A stretch of DNA of 62,612 bases, the filler included, from Candidatus Rokuibacteriota bacterium (GTDB lineage Bacteria; JAUVQV01; DATDCY01), in NCBI GenBank assembly GCA_031406795.1. It is 4 parts of 4 records of this genome, joined end to end, with 100 filler letters (N's around TTAATTAATTAA, not from the genome) between each part and the next. Parts side by side here need not be neighbours in the genome. Positions count along the whole stretch, not along the records: positions 18,815 to 37,983 come from JANOHV010000055.1; positions 38,084 to 56,766 come from JANOHV010000109.1; 2 more parts are not named here. The stretch is one strand, 5' to 3'. This document shows positions 37,969 to 49,372 of this stretch, piece by piece; the stretch's first letter is position 1, and every line of letters begins with the position of its first letter. The notes under the pieces are model-generated. The model did not search any database. It was not told where the DNA came from and saw only the letters and a list, made by a program, of their open reading frames with translations. The position numbers were made by a program, and so were the translations under genes.

Positions 37969-37983
37969 CCCCGGCGTTTCCCT
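37955..37983 (+). CDS. HEPN/DUF86 toxin, 5' end only (contig break)
   Basis: ATGTCGCACCGTGACCCCGGCGTTTCCCT identical to 19665-19693. Confidence 0.75.
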
Positions 37984-38083
37984 NNNNNNNNNNNNNNNNN
38001 NNNNNNNNNNNNNNNNNNNNNNNNNNNTTAATTAATTAANNNNNNNNNNNNNNNNNNNNNNNNNNNNNNNNNNNNNNNNNNNN
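37984..38083. other. Artificial contig linker
   Basis: N run with TTAATTAATTAA. Confidence 0.99.
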
Positions 38084-39523
38084 CTGCGCGTCGCGATCGC
38101 GCAGGCGCTCGGCCGGGCGCCGGCGCGCGAGACCACGGGTCTCGCCCGGCTGCCGATCGACCGCATCTTCACGATGAAGGGCTTCGGCACCGTGGTCACC
38201 GGCACGCTCATCGCCGGGCGACTCGCGGTCGGTGAAAGCGTCGAGGTGCTCCCCAACCGCCTCGAGAGCCGGATCCGCGGCATCCAGGTCTACGGCCGGG
38301 CGGTGGAGTCCGCACGCGCCGGCCAGCGAACGGCCATCAACCTCCAGGGGGTTGAGAAGAGCGCCATCGAGCGGGGTGCGGTCCTCTCCCACCCCGGGAT
38401 GCTCGAGCCCTCGTTTCTGATGGATGCCCGGCTCGCCTGCCTCGCCACCGCCGCCAAGCCGCTGGCCAATCGGACGCGGGTGCGGCTGCATCTCGGCACC
38501 AGCGAAATCCTCGCGCGCGTGATCCTGCTCGGTCGCGCGGAGCTCGCCCCGGGCGAGGAGGCCATGGTGCAATTCCGCCTCGAGTCGCCCGGCGTGGCGC
38601 TGCCGCGCGACCGCTTCGTGATCCGGGGCTACTCCCCCGTCGTGACGCTCGGCGGCGGCGAGCTCGTGGACACCCGGCCCGCGAAGCACCGGCAGTTCTC
38701 GCAGGCCGCGCTCGATCATGTGGCGATCATGGCCGAGTTGGACCCCGCCCAGTCGGTGCCGCTGCTCGTGGGCGAAGCCGGGCTGGGCGGGGCCGCGCGC
38801 GACGAGCTCTCGCGGCGACTCAACATCGAGAGCGGCACCCTGCACAACCACCTCGCCGCCCTCGTCAAGAAAGGCACGCTGGTCGAAATCCCGGGAACGC
38901 CCCCCCTTTGGGTGCATCGGGAGGAGGCCAATGGCTTCGAGGAGCGCTCGCTGCGCCTGCTCGCGGATTTCCATGCCGCCGAGCCGCTGAAGGCCGGGCT
39001 TTCCAAGGAGGAGCTCAAGTCGAAATTCCCCTCCGCCGCGCCGCGGGTCCTCGCCACGCTGCTCGAGCTGCTGGCCAAGCGCGGCAAGATCGTCCTCGAA
39101 CACGATCTGGTCCGGCTGCGGACCCACCGGATCGAGCTGCGGGTGGACCAGGAGCTGGTCAAGGGAAAGGTCGAGGAACTCTTCATCCGGGCCGGGCTGC
39201 AGACTCCGGGACTCGAGGCCGTGGCGCAGGAGCTTCGCCTCGATGCGAAAGCGATCCGCGAGTCGATCGGCCTGCTGCTGGCGGCGAAGAAACTCGTCAA
39301 GGTCACCGAGGAGATTCTGATGCACGAGCAGAATCTCGCGCCGCTGCGCGCCCGTGTCGGCGAATTTCTCAAGGGCGGCGCGAAGATGGGCATGCCGGAG
39401 TTCAAGGAGATCAGCGGGGTCTCGCGCAAGTACTCCGTTCCCCTTCTGGAGTACTTCGACCGCTCCGGGATGACCATCCGCGTCGGGGATCAGCGGGTCC
39501 TGCGCAAGTCTTCCGGCGCGTGA
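38084..39523 (+). CDS. selB: Selenocysteine-specific elongation factor SelB (5' partial)
   Basis: LPIDRIFTMKGFGTVVTGT, GQRTAINL, winged-helix end SRKYSVPLLEYFD..RVGDQR. Confidence 0.95.
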   Translation: MRVAIAQALGRAPARETTGLARLPIDRIFTMKGFGTVVTGTLIAGRLAVGESVEVLPNRLESRIRGIQVYGRAVESARAGQRTAINLQGVEKSAIERGAVLSHPGMLEPSFLMDARLACLATAAKPLANRTRVRLHLGTSEILARVILLGRAELAPGEEAMVQFRLESPGVALPRDRFVIRGYSPVVTLGGGELVDTRPAKHRQFSQAALDHVAIMAELDPAQSVPLLVGEAGLGGAARDELSRRLNIESGTLHNHLAALVKKGTLVEIPGTPPLWVHREEANGFEERSLRLLADFHAAEPLKAGLSKEELKSKFPSAAPRVLATLLELLAKRGKIVLEHDLVRLRTHRIELRVDQELVKGKVEELFIRAGLQTPGLEAVAQELRLDAKAIRESIGLLLAAKKLVKVTEEILMHEQNLAPLRARVGEFLKGGAKMGMPEFKEISGVSRKYSVPLLEYFDRSGMTIRVGDQRVLRKSSGA

Positions 39524-39570
39524 GCCCATCAACCAGCACACTAATAGATGAATCGCAAGGAGGAATGACC

Positions 39571-39792
39571 ATGGAGTTGGATACCCGCAGCCTCAAGTGC
39601 CCGGTACCGATCATCAAACTCAGCGCCTCGCTGAAGACGCTCCCGGTCGGCGACGAACTGATTGTCTACGCCGACGATCGCGGCTTCCCTCCCGACGTTC
39701 GGGCCTGGTGCGCCAAAGTCGGCCACGAACTGGTGTCGCTCGACGAAACCAACCCCGCCCGCCTGGTCGCCGTCATCCGCCGCACGAAATAG
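39571..39792 (+). CDS. tusA: TusA/SirA-family sulfurtransferase
   Basis: LDTRSLKCPVP, DDRGF..DVRAWC; AGGAGG RBS. Confidence 0.85.
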   Translation: MELDTRSLKCPVPIIKLSASLKTLPVGDELIVYADDRGFPPDVRAWCAKVGHELVSLDETNPARLVAVIRRTK

Positions 39793-39793
39793 T

Positions 39794-40073
39794 CCGTTAC
39801 GGCCGCTGAAAAGGGTCCATCTGCGGCGTTGTCCTCCTCGCGGCTCCCTGCGGCGGGCACGAGCCCGCCTCAGTCGCAGCTTCGGGGGACTGCCTTGCAC
39901 CTGGACCCTTTTGATCGACCTCTCCGCTACCGTTACGGCCGCTGAAAAGGGCCCATCTGCGGCGTCAGGCTCCGCCCATCTGCCTGCGACGCACACCAGT
40001 GCGTCTCAGCATCCGCTTGTCGCCTTCCTTGCACCTGGACCCTTTTGATCGACCTCTCCGCTACCGTTACGGC
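39794..40073. repeat. Two tandem copies (136 and 134 bp) of the structured repeat family
   Basis: CCGTTACGGC at 39794, 39930 and 40064; conserved ends, different centres. Confidence 0.88.
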
Positions 40074-40161
40074 TGTTGTGATTCGGGGTCCTACCGTCGA
40101 GCACCGCCCAATATGGGCAATACAGCCACGTATTCATGCGCATCGCTTGTCGCAGACAACA

Positions 40162-40355
40162 GCGAGGCGGCTGGGGCGTCACTGAGGGAAGATGCGCGGA
40201 GCCGCCGTGAAGCCCGACGCGGTGACCGGGGCGGTCCCGCAGGGACGAAGGCTCGTTGTTTGAGCCGCAGGCGAGTTACGAGCCTTCGAGCCCTGGGCAC
40301 CGTGACGGGCAGGCGGCGCAGACGCACGACCGAAGGGACGCCCCCGTCGCCTCGC
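40162..40355. repeat. 194-bp nested palindromic element
   Basis: Terminal arms GCGAGGCGGCTGGGGCGTC / GACGCCCCCGTCGCCTCGC; central GAAGGCTCGT...ACGAGCCTTC stem. Confidence 0.6.
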
Positions 40356-40385
40356 GCACGCGGACGAGTCCCTTACGGCGGGCTG

Positions 40386-40649
40386 TTACCAGATATTTGA
40401 TTCGGTGTTGCCGTACTGCTTGATCAGGATGTCGACGATCGCCTGATTGTAGAAGTTCTTCTGTTTCTGAATCTCGGGGGAGACCCGGGAGAGGTACAGC
40501 TTCTTGCCCCGCTCGATCTCGACGGCGAGCAACTCGAAGACATTGTCGTTCTTGATGCCCTTGCGGATCTCCTCGCGATTGTACAACGCGATATCGGACA
40601 CGATGGTCCGGGCGAGACGGCGGGCCTTGTCGGCGTCTTCTATTTGCAT
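40386..40649 (-). CDS. Small conserved protein resembling Myxococcus RomX
   Basis: ARRLARTIVSDIALYN..IERGKKLYLSRV..NFY..SNIW; resemblance from memory. Confidence 0.65.
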   Translation of the reverse strand: MQIEDADKARRLARTIVSDIALYNREEIRKGIKNDNVFELLAVEIERGKKLYLSRVSPEIQKQKNFYNQAIVDILIKQYGNTESNIW

Positions 40650-40691
40650 GATTGCTCCTACCTGCCGCGTATGGTAACACCGGGTCCGTGA

Positions 40692-44257
<3,566 letters not shown>

Positions 44258-44309
44258 GCACACCCCTGCCGGGCGCGACGCCGCGTCGCGCCGCGGGAAA
44301 GGAGCCGTT

Positions 44310-45560
44310 ATGGGAACCAAGGTCCTGGGCTTGATCATGGCCGGGGGCAAGGGCGAACGCCTCTACCCCCTGACCCGCGATCGCGCAAAGCCCGCCGTGC
44401 CCTTCGGCGGGAAGTACCGGATTGTCGACTTCGTGCTCTCGAACTTCGTCAACTCGGGCATCCGCTCGCTCTACGTGCTCACGCAGTTCAAGTCGCAGTC
44501 GCTGATCGAGCACATCCGTGAAACCTGGCGGCTCGGTTCGGTGCTTCGCGACCAGTTCGTCAGCGCCGTCCCCGCGCAGATGCAGCAGGGGGAGAGCTGG
44601 TACCGCGGAACCGCCGACGCGGTGCGTCAGAACCTCAACCTGGTGCACCAGTCCGACCCGGACATCGTCGCGGTGTTCGGCGCCGACCACATTTATCGGA
44701 TGGACATCGGCCAGATGGTCGATTTCCACGTGGAGAACAAAGCCGACATCACGATCGCCGCGCTCCCGGTGCCCCGGGCCGAGGCGCGCGGGTTCGGCAT
44801 CATCAAGGTCGACAAGAGCTGGCGGGTGCAAGGTTTTCAGGAAAAGCCGCCGCGCCCGAGCCCGATGCCCGGCAATCCCGGGTTCGCGCTGGTCTCGATG
44901 GGCAACTACCTGTTCTCGACCGCCGTCCTCGACAGCATCCTCGAGGGCTCGGCCCACCGCCGCGGTCGGATGGATTTCGGCAAGGACATCCTGCCGCAGA
45001 TCTTCAAGAAACTCCGGGTCTTCGTCTACGACTTCAACCGCAACACGATCCCGGGGATGAAAAAGGGCGAACAGAACTCCTACTGGCGCGACGTGGGGAC
45101 CATCGAAGCCTACTTCCAGGCGAACATGGAGCTCAAGAGCGTTACGCCGCCGCTCAACCTCTACAACCACCACTGGCCGATCATGACCTCCGACCCCAAC
45201 GCGCCGCCCGTGAAGTTCGTCTTCAACGACGAGGACCGGCGCGGTTTCGCGGTGGACTCGATCATCTCCTCCGGATCCATCGTCTCCGGGGGACGCGTCT
45301 TCGACAGCGTCCTGGGGCGCAACGTCTTCATCCACTCCTGGTCCGAAGTCCGCGACTCGATCATCATGGACGGCGTCGACATCGGCCGGCGCTGCCGCAT
45401 CCGGCGCGCCATCATCGACAAGAACGTGCGCCTGCCGCCGGACACCGTCATCGGCTACGACCAGGAGCAAGACCGCAAACGCTATGTGGTGAGCGATACC
45501 GGCATCGTGATCATCCCCAAGACGCCGCGCCAGCTGCGTCTGTGCGAAATGAACCGCTAG
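44310..45560 (+). CDS. glgC: Glucose-1-phosphate adenylyltransferase
   Basis: AGGKGERL..RAKPAVPFGG, WYRGTADA, FQEKP, YWRDVGT. Confidence 0.96.
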   Translation: MGTKVLGLIMAGGKGERLYPLTRDRAKPAVPFGGKYRIVDFVLSNFVNSGIRSLYVLTQFKSQSLIEHIRETWRLGSVLRDQFVSAVPAQMQQGESWYRGTADAVRQNLNLVHQSDPDIVAVFGADHIYRMDIGQMVDFHVENKADITIAALPVPRAEARGFGIIKVDKSWRVQGFQEKPPRPSPMPGNPGFALVSMGNYLFSTAVLDSILEGSAHRRGRMDFGKDILPQIFKKLRVFVYDFNRNTIPGMKKGEQNSYWRDVGTIEAYFQANMELKSVTPPLNLYNHHWPIMTSDPNAPPVKFVFNDEDRRGFAVDSIISSGSIVSGGRVFDSVLGRNVFIHSWSEVRDSIIMDGVDIGRRCRIRRAIIDKNVRLPPDTVIGYDQEQDRKRYVVSDTGIVIIPKTPRQLRLCEMNR

Positions 45561-45568
45561 GAGGCACC

Positions 45569-46792
45569 ATGAACCCCGTGCGTACGATCTACTTCGACCA
45601 TGCCTCGACCACGCGTCCCGATCCGCGCGTGCGCGAGACGATGCTCCCATTCCTCGGCGAGGAGTACGGCAACCCGTCCTCGCACTACTACCCGCTCGGC
45701 CAGCGCTCGGCGAAGGCGGTGGACCAGGCGCGCCAGCAGGTGGCGACGCTCATCGGGGCGAAACCGGAGGAGATCATCTTCACGTCCGGGGGAACCGAGG
45801 CCAATAATCTGGCGATCAAGGGACTGCTCGCCGAGGCGCCCCGGGGCAAGGATCACGTCGTCACCTCGAACATCGAGCACTACTCGGTGCTCAACGCGCT
45901 GCGCGCGCTCTCCGGGCGCGGGTTCTCGACGACCTTTCTTCCGGTCGACGACGGGGGGCTGCTCGACCCGGCGCGCGTGGCGGCGGCGATCACCGAGCGC
46001 ACCGCCCTCGTGACGGTGATGCAGGCCAACGGCGAAATCGGCGTCATCCAGGACATCCCGGCGCTCGCCGCGGCGGCCGCCCACCGGGGGGTCCCGTTCT
46101 TCAGCGACGGGGTGGCCGCGGTCGGCACCATCCCGGTCGACGTCGGCGCCCTCGGCGTGAGCGCGCTCAGCCTCGCCGCGCACCAGTTCTACGGCCCCAA
46201 GGGCGTCGGCGCGCTGTATCTGCGCGAGGGCACCAGGCTCGGACGGCTCTTCGACGGCGGCCTGCAGGAGCGGGGCTATCGCTGCGGGACCGAGAACGTC
46301 CCGGGCATCGTCGGCCTCGGGAGCGCCGCCGCGATCGCCCGCGAGGAACTCCCCGCGTGGAACGCCCGGCTCGTGCCGCTGCGCGAGCGCCTGCGCCGCG
46401 GCCTCGGCGAGAGGATCGACTACATGAACTTCACCGGCATCGCCGACCGGCGGCTTCCGGGCCATGTCTCGTTCTGGATCGAGTACGTCGAGGGCGAGTC
46501 GCTGCTGCTCTGGCTCTCGATGAACGGGGTCTGCGCGGCCTCCGGCTCCGCCTGCTCCTCGAACATCAAGGGGGAGGACGAGGAGGACCTCGCCTCGTCG
46601 CACGTCCTCACCGCGATCGGGGTCCCGCCGGAGATCTGCCATGGCTCGATCTGCTTCTCGCTCGGCAAGGAGAGCACGCAGGAGGAGGTGGACTTCGTGA
46701 TCGACATCATGCCGGGGATCGTCAAGCGCCTCTGGGCGATGTCCCCGCTCTATGCCGAACGCATCGCCGGGGCGCCGCCGGCGGGGTCCTAG
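45569..46792 (+). CDS. iscS: IscS/NifS-like protein with PLP lysine replaced by Gln
   Basis: GNPSS, FTSGGTEANN, AAHQFYGPKG, SGSACSS. Confidence 0.85.
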   Translation: MNPVRTIYFDHASTTRPDPRVRETMLPFLGEEYGNPSSHYYPLGQRSAKAVDQARQQVATLIGAKPEEIIFTSGGTEANNLAIKGLLAEAPRGKDHVVTSNIEHYSVLNALRALSGRGFSTTFLPVDDGGLLDPARVAAAITERTALVTVMQANGEIGVIQDIPALAAAAAHRGVPFFSDGVAAVGTIPVDVGALGVSALSLAAHQFYGPKGVGALYLREGTRLGRLFDGGLQERGYRCGTENVPGIVGLGSAAAIAREELPAWNARLVPLRERLRRGLGERIDYMNFTGIADRRLPGHVSFWIEYVEGESLLLWLSMNGVCAASGSACSSNIKGEDEEDLASSHVLTAIGVPPEICHGSICFSLGKESTQEEVDFVIDIMPGIVKRLWAMSPLYAERIAGAPPAGS

Positions 46793-47298
46793 AGGGCGAG
46801 GGTGACGACGAACTCCACTTTTTCGCTGCGGCTGCCGTGGCTGTCCTCGGCCCAGAGCTCCAGCCGGTGAGTCCCGCTCACGCCCGTGATTTCGATGCCC
46901 TCCGTGGGGACGGTCCCGGCGCCGGAAGTGCCGGCAAAGTAGGTCTGGTCGACCGGGACGATATCCACCTGCGTCGCCCCGTCACGGTCGCGGAGGTGGA
47001 ACTTCACGATGTCGCCGCCGGCGTCGCTGTAGGCTATCGTGATCTGGAAGCGCTTCCCGCGCTGCAGCGTGAAGCCGCCCGAGTCGAAGAAGATGGCCCT
47101 CTCGCGGGCCAACGCGTCGGCTGCAGCCCCTGTCGGGACCGGCTCCGGGGCCGCCGCCGGCACGAAGTGCACGAGCGCGAAGACCCCGATGGTGGGGATG
47201 TGCGGGTCGGTGCCGATGTCCTCGAAGATCTTGAAGGAGCAGGCGCTCGACAGCGCCGCAACGGCAAGGAGCGCGCAGAGACACAGCGTCTTTCTCAT
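46789..47298 (-). CDS. Hypothetical lipoprotein
   Basis: MRKT..ALSSAC lipobox-like; TTGACA-18-TACATT promoter directly upstream. Confidence 0.7.
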   Translation of the reverse strand: MRKTLCLCALLAVAALSSACSFKIFEDIGTDPHIPTIGVFALVHFVPAAAPEPVPTGAAADALARERAIFFDSGGFTLQRGKRFQITIAYSDAGGDIVKFHLRDRDGATQVDIVPVDQTYFAGTSGAGTVPTEGIEITGVSGTHRLELWAEDSHGSRSEKVEFVVTLAL

Positions 47299-47378
47299 GG
47301 CGGCACAATGTACCCGTCGTGGCGCGGGATTGTCAACATTCGCGCTCCGCGCCTGAAGACGGCGGCGGGGACGGCCGC

Positions 47379-47648
47379 ATGACCATACCCGGGAATCCGA
47401 AACAGTTCGCCCGCGACATCGCGGACGGCTTTTTCGTATTCAATCAGGCGACCTGCCGCCAGTTCACCCCCGCCGAACTGCGGAGCATCTACCGCCTTCT
47501 CGAACAGGTGGCCCGCGAAATCAGGGCCGAGCAGATCCCGCTGGAGGAGGTCGTCGAGATCCAGAAGAAGAACATGCGGCTTTCTCGCGCCAACAACTCG
47601 CTGCTTTTCATCCGCAATCACGCGAAGCGCTACGGGATAATCCTCTGA
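47379..47648 (+). CDS. Small conserved hypothetical protein
   Basis: Helical, natural-looking 89-aa ORF. Confidence 0.65.
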   Translation: MTIPGNPKQFARDIADGFFVFNQATCRQFTPAELRSIYRLLEQVAREIRAEQIPLEEVVEIQKKNMRLSRANNSLLFIRNHAKRYGIIL

Positions 47649-47663
47649 GCCCTGGCGTGCTTG

Positions 47664-48143
47664 TCAGCGGTCAGCCAGCGTGCCGGGACCGTAGCGCTTG
47701 GCGAGGGACTCCATCTTTCCGATGCGCCGCCGGTAACGCTCTTCGGGCAGAAACCGGGCGCCGAGGAAGGCCCGCACGACGTCGCGCGCCAGCTCCCCGC
47801 CGATCACCCGCGCCCCGAGGGCGAGCACGTTCATGTCGTCGTGCTCCACCCCCTGCCGTGCAGAATAGGTGTCGTGGCCGACTCCGGCGCGGATGCCCTC
47901 CATGCGATTCGCGGCCATCACCGCGCCGACGCCGCTGCCGCACAAGACAACCCCGCGATCGGCGTTGCCGCTGCGGATCGCCACCCCGACCCGCTCGGCC
48001 GCGTCGGGGTAGTCCGCGGGTTCCAGGGAGTGTACCCCCAGGTCCTCGACTTCGTGACCCAGGGAGCGGATGAACGGCACCAGTTCGTCCTTCAACGGGA
48101 ACCCGCCATGATCCGAAGCAATCACGATCCGCATCGTTGCCAA
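47664..48143 (-). CDS. rpiB: Ribose-5-phosphate isomerase B
   Basis: ASDHGG, DYPD, CGSGVG, NVLALG; start may be 48134. Confidence 0.93.
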   Translation of the reverse strand: MATMRIVIASDHGGFPLKDELVPFIRSLGHEVEDLGVHSLEPADYPDAAERVGVAIRSGNADRGVVLCGSGVGAVMAANRMEGIRAGVGHDTYSARQGVEHDDMNVLALGARVIGGELARDVVRAFLGARFLPEERYRRRIGKMESLAKRYGPGTLADR

Positions 48144-48283
48144 CCCTCCTGTGCCGTGTATCTAGCCAGCCGCCGCAGCCATTGTCAAACCCGGTTCATC
48201 GAACGCGCCGGTCCCCGCGCCCGCGCGGATCGTGGTCCGGCGGGTCGCTTGACACCGGGGCCGCGATCACTTCAGATGGGCGC

Positions 48284-49087
48284 ATGAGCGGATCGATCAT
48301 CGACTTCCACACCCACGCCTTTCCGGACAGGCTCGCCGTGCGTGCGCTGGCCAACCTCGAGCGCCAGGGCGGGGTCCGCGCGGTCCTCGACGGTACCGTG
48401 GCCGCCCTGCTGGCTTCGATGGATCGCGCCGGCGTCGCCGCCGCGGTGGTGTGCTCCATCGCCACGGAACCCGGGCAGTTCGGCTCGATCCTGCGCTGGT
48501 CGAGCCAGATTGCGGGACCGCGCCTGCACCCCTTCCCGTCGGTCCACCCGGCGGCCCCCGACCCGGCGGACGAAGTGCGCCAGATCGCCGCCGCGGGCTT
48601 TCTCGGCGTCAAGCTGCACCCCGAGTACCAGTGTTTTCACGTCGACGACCCCGCGCTGGAGGCGCTCTACCGCGCTCTGGAACGGTCGGGGTTGATTGCG
48701 CTGTTCCACGCCGGGCACGACATCGGCTTCCCGGACTCCGACCGCGCCGCGCCGCACCGGTTCCTGGCGATCCATCGCGCGTTCCCGGGACTGAAGATCG
48801 TCGCCTCGCACCTCGGCGGCTACCGGCGCTGGGAGGAGGTCGCCGCGCTGCTGCTCGGCAGCGGCATCTGGCTCGACACCAGCTTCACGCTGGGTCACGT
48901 TCCCGCGGGATTGCTGCGCGAGATACTCCTCGGCCACCGCCCCGACCGGCTCCTGTTCGGGACGGATTCCCCGTGGGTCGGCCAGGCCGAAGAAATCGCC
49001 CGGCTGCGCTGCCTCGGTCTGCCCGAAGGACTCACCGACCGCATCCTCGGCGGCGCCGCCCGGGCGCTTCTCGGCGTCGCGGGCTGA
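48284..49087 (+). CDS. Amidohydrolase_2 family protein
   Basis: DFHTH, GVKLHP, FHAG, SHLGG, FGTDSPW. Confidence 0.88.
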   Translation: MSGSIIDFHTHAFPDRLAVRALANLERQGGVRAVLDGTVAALLASMDRAGVAAAVVCSIATEPGQFGSILRWSSQIAGPRLHPFPSVHPAAPDPADEVRQIAAAGFLGVKLHPEYQCFHVDDPALEALYRALERSGLIALFHAGHDIGFPDSDRAAPHRFLAIHRAFPGLKIVASHLGGYRRWEEVAALLLGSGIWLDTSFTLGHVPAGLLREILLGHRPDRLLFGTDSPWVGQAEEIARLRCLGLPEGLTDRILGGAARALLGVAG

Positions 49088-49116
49088 TCGGCCCCGCCGG
49101 GGCGCCGCCTGTCGGA

Positions 49117-49347
49117 CTACTCCTTCTTGGCCTTCTTCCCCTTGGGCGCGGCGGTGCTCCGCAGCGCGTGCGTCGCCGTGCGGTATTTCTTGCGCACGCT
49201 CGCGAGCTTCTTGCCGTCCTTGGCGGCCTTGGCCTCCTCGCGCTCATTCTTGAGCGGCTTGAGCATCGCCTTGACCGCGGCGCGGTCCTTCTTGACCGCG
49301 GGCTTCTTCTCGCCGGACTTCTTGACCGCTTCTTCTGCCATCGACAT
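49117..49347 (-). CDS. Small Lys/Ala-rich basic protein
   Basis: 76 aa, very lysine-rich; GAGGAG RBS. Confidence 0.65.
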   Translation of the reverse strand: MSMAEEAVKKSGEKKPAVKKDRAAVKAMLKPLKNEREEAKAAKDGKKLASVRKKYRTATHALRSTAAPKGKKAKKE

Positions 49348-49372
49348 CTCCTCTGCGTCCGTGGTGCTGTTT

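Noticed and set aside
39794-40073. Conserved blocks with variable centres as a CRISPR array
   Set aside because: Period about 135 bp; the centres share the hairpin motif of dispersed copies elsewhere
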